A DNA stretch of 64,000 nucleotides from Heptranchias perlo (Eukaryota), in contig NC_090344.1 in the NCBI RefSeq assembly GCF_035084215.1, positions 52,948,001 through 53,012,000 of the forward strand, written 5' to 3'. The notes under the pieces are model-generated. The model had not been told where the DNA came from. It made no database searches and saw only the letters and a list, made by a program, of their open reading frames with translations. Positions 35,845-47,339 of the stretch are shown here, piece after piece. Each line of letters opens with the position of its first letter. Position 1 is the stretch's first letter. The translations under genes were made by a program, and so were the position numbers.

Positions 35845-35916
35845 CTTGCTGAACTCAAACACCTTCACCCTGATTGGAAATGATGCATTCAATGGTTTAT
35901 CTCACCTCCAGTACCT
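35845..35916 (+). CDS. LGI3: LGI3 exon 3 (72-bp LRR exon)
   Basis: cacAG|..|GTaagt; LLNSNTFTLIGNDAFNGLSHLQY(L). Confidence 0.95.
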
Positions 35917-36007
35917 GTAAGTATGTGCTGTATTTCTCAGTGACTTTTCTCGCCTTTAATGATAAATGTGTTTGTGCTGAATTCTTGCTTTCTTTTTGTG
36001 TTCACAG

Positions 36008-36079
36008 TTTCATAGAGAATAACGACATCCAGTCACTCTCCAAATACACCTTCCGAGGGCTCAAGTCTCTGAACCATCT
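36008..36079 (+). CDS. LGI3: LGI3 exon 4 (72-bp LRR exon)
   Basis: cacAG|..|GTaagt; FIENNDIQSLSKYTFRGLKSLNH(L); 91-bp intron 3. Confidence 0.95.
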
Positions 36080-36903
36080 GTAAGTCTTTCCAAAATCAAT
36101 GATGAGCTTACCCAAGGCTTAGAAAATAAAGAAGGGTCAATAATGAAGAAGGGTTGTGTTATTATAGCTGCACCTCACTTGGGACCATTAGTTACTGCTT
36201 GTCTCCCTCCTGTGCGGAATGGACTAACTACCTATCGGGTACAATCTCACAGGTCCTGCTAGCCCTCCTGTTGCTCACACAAATGGCCTTTCCTTATGTG
36301 TCAACCTAGACAGTTAGTGGCGGCACGCAATTCGACGAAGCCTGATCACAGCCAAGTCTGATCCCACCCTCACCCAATGTCCACAATGCATTTTCCAGCA
36401 GGGATCAGTGCTGAAAGTTGGGAAACCCCTTCCCTGACCTAGGGTTGCTGAGACTGATTGTTGTACGTTAACTGCTCCCCTGACCCCAGGTGGAATCAGT
36501 TAACAGAGCACAACGTTTTCTGGAAGTACGCAAAGCAACATGTGTGTCATCGATTGCACTGTGAACCTTGGGGAAGCTGGTAATCCTGTGAAAGTGGATG
36601 ACCCCTGAGGGGCAAGAACTCCACTTGCCAAAAGAAACAGCCATGGACAACGAAAGAGGTAAGGGACAGTATAAGACATAAGGAAAGGGCATACAAAAAG
36701 GCAAAAAATGGCACAGATCCTGGCGAATGGGAAAGATACAAAGATCAACAAAGGGTCACAAAACAGATAGTAAGAGCTACAAAAAGAGAGTATGAAAAGA
36801 AACTCGCAAGGGATATCAAAACCAATACGAAGAACTTTTATCGTTATATTAGGAAAAAGAGGGTGGTCAGGAGCAGTGTTGGCCCCTTAAAAACTGAAAG
36901 TGG

Positions 36904-39900
36904 GGGTACAGTAGCATAGTGGTTATGTTACTGGATGAGTAATCCAGAGGCCCGGATTAATAATCCGGAGTCATGAGTTCAAATCCTGCCACGGCAGCTG
37001 GGGAATTTAAATTCAATTAATTAAATTCAATTAATTAAAAATAAAAATCTGGAATTAAAATACCAGGATCAGTAATGGTGACCATGAAACTACTGGATTG
37101 TCGTAAAAACCCATCTGGTTCACTAATGTCCTTTAGGGAAGGAAACCTGCTGTCTTTACCCGGTCTGGCCTATATGTGACTCCAGACCCACAGCAATGTG
37201 GTTGATTCTTAATTGCCCTCTGAAATGGCCTAACAAGCCACTGAGTTGTAAAATCTTGCTAAAAAAAAGTCATAATAAGAATAAAACCGGACGGACCACC
37301 CGGCATCAGAGACGACAAAGGCAAACCAAACCCAGTCGACCCTGCAAAGTCCTTCTCACTAACATCTGGGGACTTGTGCCAAAATTGGGAGAGCTGTCCC
37401 ACAGACTAGTCAAGCAACAGCCTGACATAGCCATTCTCACAGAATCATACCTTTCAGCCAACGTCCCAGACTCTTCTATCACCATCCCTGGGTATGTCCT
37501 GTCCCAACAGCAGGACAGACCCACCAGAGGTGGCCGTACAGTGATATACAGTCAGGAGGGAGTGGCCCTGGGAGTCCTCAACATTGACTCTGAACCCCAT
37601 GAAATCTCATGGCATCAGGTCAAACATGGGCAAGGAAACCTCCTGCTGATTACCACCTACCGTCCTCCCTCAGCTGATGAATCAGTCCTCTTCCATGTTC
37701 AACAGCACTTGGAGGAAGCACTGAGGGTAGCAAGGGCACAGAATGTACTCTGGGTGGGGGACTTCAATGTCCATCACCAAGAGTGGCTCGGTAGCACCAC
37801 TACTGACCGACCTAGCCGAGTCCTGAAGGACATAGCTGCCAGACTGGGCCTGCAGCAGGTGGTGAGCGAACCAACACGAGGGAAAAACTTACTTGACCTC
37901 GTCCTCACCAATCCACCTGTCGCAAATGCATCTGTCCATGACAGTATCGGTAGGAGTGACCACCGCACAGTCCTCATGGAGACGAAGTCCCGTCTTCGCA
38001 CTGAGGACACCATCCAACATGTTGCGTGGCACTACCACCGTGCTAAATGGGATAGATTCAGAACAGATCCAGCAGCTCAAAACTGGGCATCCAAGAGGCG
38101 CTGTGGGCCATCAGCAGCAGCAGAATTGCATTCCAGCACAATCTGTAACCTCATGGCCCGGCATATTCCTCACTCTACCATTACCAACAAACCGTGGGAT
38201 CAACCCTGGTTCAATGAGGAGTATAGAAGAGCATGCCAGGAGCAGCACCAGGCGTACCTAAAAGTGAGGTCCCAACCTGGTGAAGCTACAACTCAGGACT
38301 ACATGCATGTTAAACAGTGGAAGCAACATGCTATAGACAGAGCGAAGCGATTCCACAACCAACGGATCAAATCAAAGCTCTGCAGTCCTGCCACATCCAG
38401 TCGTGAATTAAACAACCAACGGGAGGAGGAGGCTCTGCAAACATCCCCATCCTCAATGATGGCGGTGTCCAGCATGTGAGTGCAAAAGACAAGGCTGAAG
38501 TGTTTGCAACCATCTTCAGCCAGAAGTGCCGAGTGGATGATCCATCTCAGCCTCCTCCCGATATCCCCACCATCACAGATGCCAGTATTCAGCCAATTCG
38601 ATTCACTCCACGTGATATCAAGAAACGGCTGAGTGCACTGGATACAGCAAAGGCTTTGGGCCCCGACAACATCCCGGCTGTTGTGCTGAAGACTTGTGTT
38701 CCAGAACTAGCTGCGCCTCTAGCCAAACTGTTCCAGTACAGCTACAGCACTGGCATCTACCCAACAATGTGGAAAATTGCCCAGGAATGTCCTGTCCACA
38801 AAAAGCAGGACAAATCCAATCCGGCCAATTACCACCCCATCAGTCCACTTTCAATCATCAGCAAAGTGATGGAAGGTGTCGTCGACAGTGCAATCAAGCG
38901 GCACTTACTCACTAATAACCTGCTCACCGATGCTCAGTTTGGGTTCCGCCAGGACCACTCGGCTCCAGACCTCATTACAGCCTTGGTCCAAACATGAACA
39001 AAAGAGCTGAATTCCAGAGGTGAGGTGAGAGTGACTGCCCTTGACATCAAGGCAGCATTTGACTGAGTGTGGCACCAAGGAGCCCAAGTAAAATTGAAGT
39101 CAATGTAAATCAGGGGGAAAACTCTCCAGTGACTGGAGTCATACCTGGCACAAAGGAAGATGGTAGTGGTTGTTGGAGGCCAATCTTCTCAGCCCCAGGA
39201 CATTGCTGCAGGAGTTCCTCAGGGCAGTGTCCGAGGCCCAACCATCTTCAGCTGCTTCATCAATGACCTTCCCTCCATCATAAGATCAGAAATGGGCATG
39301 CTCGCTGATGATTGCACAGTGTTCAGTTCCATTCGCAACCCCTCAAATAATGAAGCAGTCCGAGCCCGCATGCAGCAAGACCTGGACAACATCCAGGCTT
39401 GGGCTGATAAGTGGCAAGTAACATTCACACCAGACAAGTGCCAGGCAATGACCATCTCCAACAAGAGAGTGTCTAACCACCTCCCCTTGACATTCAATGG
39501 CATTACCATCGCCGAATCCCCCACCATCAACATCGTAGGTGTCACCATTAACCAGAAACTTCACAGTACTTATATGGCTGGTCCAGTTGCTACAAGAGCA
39601 GGTCAGAGGCCGGGTATTCTGCGGCGACTGACTCACCTCCTGACTCGCCAAAGCCTTTCCACCATCTCCAAGGCACAAGTCAGGAGTGTGATGGAATACT
39701 CTCCACTTGCCTGGTTGAGTGCAGCTCCAACAACACTCAAGAAGCTCGACACTATCCAGGACAAAGCAGCCCGCTTGATTGGCACCCCATCTACCACCCT
39801 AAACATTCACTCCCTTCACCCCCGGTGCACAGTGGCTGCAGTGCGTACCATCCACAGGATGCACTGCAGCAACTCGCCAAGGCTTCTTCGACAGCACCTC

Positions 39901-40204
39901 CCAAACACGTGACCTCTACCACCTAGAAGGACCAGAGCAGCAGGTACATGGGAACAACACCACCTGCACGTTCCCCTCCAAGTCACACACCATCCTGACT
40001 TGGAAATATATCACCCTTCCTTCATCGTTGCTGGGTCAAAATCCTGGAACTCCCTTCCTAACAGCACTGTGGGAGAACCATCACCACACGGACTGTCGCG
40101 GTTCAAGAAGGCAGCTCACCACCACCTTCTCAAGGGCAATTAGGGATGGGCAATAAATGCCGGCCTCGCCAGCAATGCCCACCTCCCATCAACAAAAATA
40201 AAAT
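36904..40204 (+). mobile_element. Full-length tRNA-headed single-ORF LINE, copy 2 (disabled)
   Basis: Same head, APE and RT as copy 1; several stops and a deletion near 38405. Confidence 0.95.
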
Positions 40205-40814
40205 AATTGTCATTGACAATGGGGAAATGGCAGACATGTTGAATAATTACTTTGCGTCAGTATTTACAGTGCAAAAGGAGGATAGCATGCCGGAAATCCC
40301 AAGAAAACTAATATTGAATTGGGGACAGGGACTCAATAAAATTAACATAATTAAAACAACAGTAATGAAGAAAATAATAGCACGAAAGAGTGACAAATCC
40401 CCAGGACCAGATGGTTTCCATCCCAGGGTTTTAAAGGAAGTAGGTGAGCACATTGCAGAGGCCCTAACTATAATCTTTCAAAGTTCTCTAGATTCAAGAA
40501 CTGTCCCTCTGGATTGGAAAATTGCACATGTCACTCTGCTTTTTAAGAAAGGAGAGAGAGGGAAACCAGGGAATTATAGACCAGTTAGCCTAACATCTGT
40601 TGTGGGGAAAATGCTGGAGTCTATAATTAAGGACAGGGTGACTGAACACCTCGAGAATTTTCAGTTAATCAGAGAGAGCCAGCATGGATTTGTGAAAGGT
40701 AGGTCGTGCCTGACAAACCTGATTGAATTTTTTGAAGAGGTGACGAAGGTAGTGGACAGGGGAATGTCAATGGATGTTATTTATATGGATTTCCAGAAGG
40801 CATTTGATAAAGTC

Positions 40815-40942
40815 CCACCACACGGACTGCAGCGGTTCAAGAAGGCGGCTCACCACCACCTTCTCGAGGGCAATTAGGGATGGGCAATAAATGCTGGCCT
40901 CGCCAGCGACGCCCACATCCCGTGAACGAATAAAAAAAAAAG
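40815..40942 (+). mobile_element. 3' fragment of the tRNA-headed LINE
   Basis: cacacggactgcagcgg..gaacgaat + A run, inside CR1 RT. Confidence 0.9.
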
Positions 40943-41169
40943 AAGCCCATGGAATTGAGGGAAAAGTACGGACTTGGTTAGGAAGTTGGCTGAGCGAAAG
41001 GCGACAGAGAGTAGGGATAATGGGTAAGTATTCACATTGGCAGGATGTGATTAGTGGAGTCCTGCAGGGATCTGTCTTGGGGCCTCAATTATTCACAATA
41101 TTTCTTAACGACTTAGATGAAGGCATAGAAAGTTTCATATCTAAGTTTGCCGATGACACAAAGATTGGT

Positions 41170-41390
41170 CATGATGTGGAGATGCCGGTGATGGACTGGG
41201 GTGGACAAATGTAAGGAATCTTCCAACACCGGGTTATAGTCCAACAAATTTATTTTAAAATCACAAGCTTTCGGAGATTATCCCCTGATTATCTCCTGTC
41301 ATTCACCTGACGAAGGGGATAATCTCCGAAAGCTTGTGATTTTAAAATAAATTTGTTGGACTATAACCTGGTGTTGTAAGATTCCTTACA
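41170..41390. mobile_element. Hairpin Penelope pLTR insertion with hammerhead motif (41303-41339, +)
   Basis: 77-bp inverted arms 41210-41286 / 41314-41390; aagattggt duplicated at the flanks. Confidence 0.9.
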
Positions 41391-42354
41391 AAGATTGGTG
41401 GCATTGTAAGCAGTGTAGATGAAAACATAAAATTACAAAGGGATATTGATAGATTAGATGAATGGGCAAAACTGTGGCAAATGGAATTCAATGCAGACAA
41501 ATGTGAGGTCATCCACTTTGGATCAAAAAAGGATAGAACAGGGTACTTTCTAAAAGATAAAAAGTTAAAAACAGTGGATGTCCAAAGGGACTTAGGGGTT
41601 CAGGTCCATAGATCATTGAAGTGTCATGAACAGGTACAGAAAATAATCAATAAGGCTAATGGAATGCTGGCCTTTATATCTAGAGGACTGGAGTACAAGG
41701 GGGCAGAAGTTATGCTGCAGCTATACAAAACCCTGGTTAGACCGCACCCGGAGTACTGTGAGCAGTTCTGGGCACTGCACCTTCGGAAGGACATATTGGC
41801 CTTGGAGGGAGTGCAGCATAGGTTTACTAGAATGTTAACCGGACTTCAAGGGTTAAGTTACGAGGAGAGATTATACAAATTGGGGTTGTATTCTCTGGAG
41901 TTTAGAAGGTTAAGGGGTGATCTGATCGAAGCTTATAAGATATTAAGGGGAACGGATAGGGTGGATAGAGAGAAACTATTTCCGCTGGTTGGGGATTCTA
42001 GGAGTAGGGGGCACAGTCTAAAAATTAGAGCCAGACCTTTCAGGAGTGAGATTAGAAAACATTTCTACACACAAAGGGTGGTAGAAGTTTGGAACTCTCT
42101 TCCGCAAACGGCAATTGATACTAGCTCAATTGCTAAATTTAAATCTGATATAGATAGCTTTTTGGCAACCAATGGTATTCAGGGACATGGGCCAAAGGCA
42201 GGTATATGGAGTTCGATCACAGATCAGCCATGACCTTATCAAATGGCGGAGCAGGCACGAGGGGCTGAATGGCCTACTCCTGTTCCTATGTTCCTATGAC
42301 TCTGTCTCACTGCTGCATGACTATGATGTCGAAGGTGATTAACTCATCTGCTCT

Positions 42355-45300
42355 CCTGCAGGAGGAGACCATTCAGCCACTCGAGCCTGTTCAGCCATTC
42401 AGTTTGATCGTGGCTGATCTGTACCTCAACTCCATTTACCCGCCTTTGCTCCATATCCCTTGATTTTTTAAAATTCGTTCATGGGATGTGGGCGTCGCTG
42501 GCGAGGCCGGCATTTATTGCCCATCCCTAATTGCCCTTGAGAAGGTGGTGGTGAGCCGCCTTCTTGAACCGCTGTAGTCCGTGTGGTGAAGGTTCTCCCA
42601 CAGTGCTGTTAGGAAGGGAGTTCTAGGATTTTGACCCAGCGACGATGAAGGAACGGCGATATATTTCCAAGTCGGGATGGTGTGTGACTTGGAGGGGAAC
42701 GTGCAGGTGGTGTTGTTCCCATGTGCCTCCTGTTATTATCCTTCTAGGTGGTAGAGGTCGTTGGTTTGGGAGGTGCTGTCGAAGAAGCCTTGGCGAGTTG
42801 CTGCAGTGCATCCTGTGGATGGTACACACTGCAGCCACTGTGCGACGATGGTGAAGGGAGTGAATGTTTCGGGTGGTGGATGGGGTGCCAATCAAGCGGG
42901 CTGCTTTATCCTGGATGTTGTCGAGCTTCTTGAGTGTTGTTGGAGCTGCACTCATCCAGGCAAGTGGAGAGTATTCCATCACACTCCTGACTTGTGCCTT
43001 GTAGATGGTAGGAAGGCTTTGGGGAGTCAGGAGGTGAGTCACTCGCCGCAAAATACCCAGCCTCTGACCTACTCTTGTAGCCACAGTATTTATATGGCTG
43101 GTCCAGTTAGGTTTCTGGTCAATGGTGACCCCCAGGATGTTGATGGTGGGGGATTCGGCGTTGGTAATGCCATTGAATGTCAAGGGGAGGTGGTTAGACT
43201 CTCTCTTGTTGGAGATGGTCATTGCCGGCACTTGTCTGGTGCGAATGTTACTTGCCACTTATCAGCCCAAGCCTGGATGCTGTCCAGGTCTTGCTGCATG
43301 CGGGCTCGGACTGCTTCATTATTTGAGGGGTTGCAAATGGAACTGAACACTGCAATCATCAGCAAACATCCCCATTTCTGACCTTACGATGGAGGGAAGG
43401 TCATTGATGAAGCAGCTGAAGATGGTTGGGCCTGGGACACTGCCTTGAGGAACTCCTGCAGCAACGTCCGGGGGCTGAGATGATTGGCCTCCAACAACCA
43501 CTACCATCTTCCTTTGCGCTGGGTATGACTCCGGCCACTGGAGAGTTTTCCCCCTGATTCCCATTGACTTTAATTTTACTGGGGCTCCTTCGTGCCAAAC
43601 TCGGTCAAATGCTGCCTTGATATCAAGGGCAGTCTCTCTCATCTCTGGAATTCAGCTCTTTTGTCCATGTTTGGAACCAAGGCTGTAATGAGGACTGGAG
43701 CCTGGTGGTCCTGGCGGAACCCAAACTGAGCATTGGTGAGCAGGTTATTGGTGAGTAAGTGCCGCTTGATAGCACTGTCGACGACACCTTCCATCACTTT
43801 GAGAGTAGACTGATGGGGCAGTAAATGGCCGGATTGGATTTGTCCTGCTTTTTGTGGACAGGACATACCTGGGCAATTTTCCACATTGTCTGGTAGATGC
43901 CAGTGTTGTAGCTGTACTGGAACAGCTTGGCTAGAGGCGCAGCTAGCTCTGGAGCACAAGTCTTCAACACTACAGCCGGGATGCTATCGGGGCCCCTGGC
44001 CTTTGCTGTATCCAGTGCACTCAGTCGTTTCTTGATATCACGTGGAGTGAATCAAATTGGCTGAATACTGGCTTCTGTGATGGTGGGGATATCGGGAGGA
44101 GGCTGAGATGGATCATCCACTCGGCACTTCTGGTTGAAGATGGTTGCAAACGCTTCAGCCTTGTCTTTTGCACTCATGTGCTGGACTCCGCCATCATTGA
44201 GGATGGGGATGTTTGCAGAGCCTCCTCCTCCCGTTAGTTGTTTAATTGTCCACCACCATTCACGACTGGATGTGGCAACTGCAGAGCTTTCATCTGATCC
44301 GTTGGTTGTGGAATCGCTTCGCTCTGTCTGTAGCATGTTGCTTCCAATGTTTAGCATGCAGTCCTGAGTTGTAGCTTCACCAGGTTGGCACCTCATTTTT
44401 AGGTGCGCCTTGTGCTGCTCCTGGCATGCTCTTCTACACTCCTCATTGAACCAGGGTTGATCCCCTGGCTTGTTGGTAATGGTAGAGTGAGGAATATGCC
44501 GGGCCATGAGGTTACAGATTGTGCTGGAATGCAATTCTGCTGCTGCTGATGGCCCACAGCGTCTCATGGATGCCCAGTTTTGAGCTGCTGGATCTGATCT
44601 GAATCTATCCCATTTAGCACGGTGGTAGTGCCACACAACATGTTGGATGGTGTCCTCAGTGCGAAGACGGGACTTCATCTCCACGAGGACTGTGCGGTGG
44701 TCATTCCTACCAATACTGTCGTGGACAGATGCATTTGCGACAGGTAGATTGGTGAGGACGAGGTCAAGTAAGTTTTTCCCTCGTGTTGGTTCGCTCACCA
44801 CCTGCCGCAGGCCCAATCTGGCAGCTATGTCCTTCAGGACTCGGCCAGCTCGGTCAGTAGTGGTGCTACCGAGCCACTCTTGGTGATGGACATTGAAGTC
44901 CCCCACCCAGAGTACATTCTGTGCCCTTGCTACCCTCAGTGCTTCCTCCAAGTGGTGTTCAACATGGAGGAGGACTGATTCATCAGCAGGAGGTTTTCTT
45001 GCCCATGTTTGACCTGATGCCATGAGATTTCAAGGGGTCCAGAGTCAATGTTGAGGACTCCCAGGGCCACTGTATATCACTCCACCGCTGGTGGGTCTGT
45101 CCTGGCCGGTGGGACAGGACATCCCCAGGGATGGTGATGGAAGAGTCTGGGACATTGGCTGAAAGGTATGATTCTGTGAGTATGGCTGTGTCAGGCTGTT
45201 GCTTGACTCGTCTATGGGACAGCTCTCCCAATTTTGGCATAAGTCCCCAGATGTTAGTGAGGAGGACTTTGCAGGGTCAACTGGGCTTGGTTTGCCTTTG

Positions 45301-46900
45301 TCGTGTCCGATGCCAGCTGGTCCGTCCGGTTTTATTCTCATTTTGACTTTTTTTAAGCGAGAATTTTACAACTCAGTGGCTTGCTCGGCCATTTCAGAGG
45401 GCAGTTAAGAATCAACCACATTACAGTTGGTCTGGAGTCACATATCGGCCAGAATAGATAAGGACGGCAGGTTTCCTTCCCTCAAGGACATTCGTGAATC
45501 AGATGGGTTTTTTTGACAATCCAGTCGTTTCATGGCCACCGTTATTGATACTAGTATTTTAATTCTAGATTTTATTTAATTAATTGAATTTAAATTCCCC
45601 AGCTGCCGTGGCGGGATTTGAACTCATAACTCGCAGATTGTTAGTCTCGGCCTCTGGATTACTGGTCCAGTAACATAACCACTATGCTACCGTACCCTTG
45701 ATACCCTGATCTAACAAAAATCTTAACTATCTCAGTCTTCAAAGCTCCAACTGACCCCCAGTCTCAGCTTTTTGGGGGAGAGAGTTCCAGATTTGCACTA
45801 CCCTTTGTGTGAAGAAGTGCTTCCTGACATCACACCTGAACGGCCTAGCTCTAATTTTAAGGTTGTGCCCCCTTTTTCTGAACTCCCCCCACCAGAGGAA
45901 ATAGTTTCTCTCTTTCTACCCTATCAAATCCTTTAATCATTATTGAATCATAGAAAGGTTACAGCACGGATGGAGGCCATTCGGCCCGTCGAGTCACTCC
46001 CCCCGCCCTTTCCCTGTAGCCCTGCAATTTTTTTCCCTTCAAGTACTTATCCAGTTCCCTCTTGAAAGCCATGATTGAATCTGCCTCCACCACCCCCTCG
46101 GGCAGTGCATTCCAGATCCTAACCACTCACTGCGTAAAAAAGTTTTGCCTCATGTCACCTTTGGTTCTTTTGCCAATCACCTTAAATCTATGTCCTCTGG
46201 TTCTTGACCCTTCCACCAATTTGAACAGTTTCTCTCTATCTACTCTGTCTGGACCCTTCATGATTTTGAATACCTCTATCAAATCTCCTCTCAACCTTCT
46301 CTGCTCTAAGGAGAACAACCCCAGCTTCTCCAGTCTATCCATGTAACTAAAGTCCTTCCTCCCTGGAATCATTCTAGTAAATCTCTTTTGCACTCTCTCT
46401 AAGGCCTTCACATCCTTCTGAAAATTATTTTAAACACCTCAATTAAATCACCCCTTAATTTTCTGTACTCAAGGGAATCCAAACCAAGTTTATGTAACCT
46501 GTCCTCGTAATTTAACCTTCAGCCCTGGTATCATTCTAGTGAATCTGCGCTGCACCCCCTCCAAGGCCAATATATCCTTCCTGAGGTGCGGTACCCAGAA
46601 ATGAACGCAGTATCTCCAGATGGGGTCTAACCAGAGCTCAGTACAGCTATACCTTCCACCCCTTTGCATTTCAGCCCCCTTGAGATAAAGGCCAACATTC
46701 CATTCGCCTTTTAAATTACTTGTGTCCCTGTTCCTCAGTGATCTGTGTACATGGACCCCAAAATCCATTTGCTCCTTCACGGCTCCTATCTCACCATTCA
46801 GAATATATTCCAATTTGACCTTCTTGGATACAAAGTGGATGACCTTTGACTTCCCCACATTGAACTCCATCTGCCACAGTTTTGCCCACTCACTTAATCT
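42355..46900 (-). mobile_element. Minus-strand CR1 3' fragments (42355-42463, 45698-46900) hosting LINE copy 3 and another CR1 tail
   Basis: ORFs 46127..46411 and 46490..46870 with CR1 C-terminal motifs; cccttgat flanks copy 3. Confidence 0.8.
42464..45697 (-). mobile_element. Full-length tRNA-headed single-ORF LINE, copy 3 (degenerate)
   Basis: Reverse complement begins gggtacggtagcatagtgg at 45697; APE/RT ORF pieces; cccttgat at 42457-42464 and 45695-45702. Confidence 0.95.
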
Positions 46901-47339
46901 GGCAGTGGTTTGATCCTGTCACAAGCAGTAGGAAGCATGTATGGGTGTCTGTAAGCAAAAGTCACCAAAAAAATAATTTCCTGGCCGCAGAAATTACTCT
47001 TCAAACTGTGCAGACCCCTGAGGGTGAGGAAATCCTATCCTCTTCTGCCTCGGCAGCTCCTCATAAACATCAGTCTAAAACCAGGGCCCTCCCAGCTGCT
47101 GTATCACTGGCCCTATTTACACTTACACAAAGGAGGTGATTCAGGACTCAACCAGCAGATCACAGCAAGGGGCAGACACTCAAAGGAATTCTGGACAAGT
47201 GTTCTAGTCTGCAGGAAACTGCTTCTGCCCAATTTCCGAGCCTGAAAACATTTCCTGCACCATTTCTGCACGAATAATGCACTGAAGCCAGCGAGGAAAT
47301 TCACTCTGTCTGTTTCTCTCCATCTATCCCAAAAGAAAA

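Larger units (their letters stand above)
36600..42298 (+). mobile_element. CR1 ORF2 (36600-36903 and 40205-42298) carrying three nested insertions
   Basis: ..SVGPLKTESG | IVIDNGEMADMLNNYF continuity across the copy-2 insertion; near-identical to the element at 1-2005. Confidence 0.9.
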
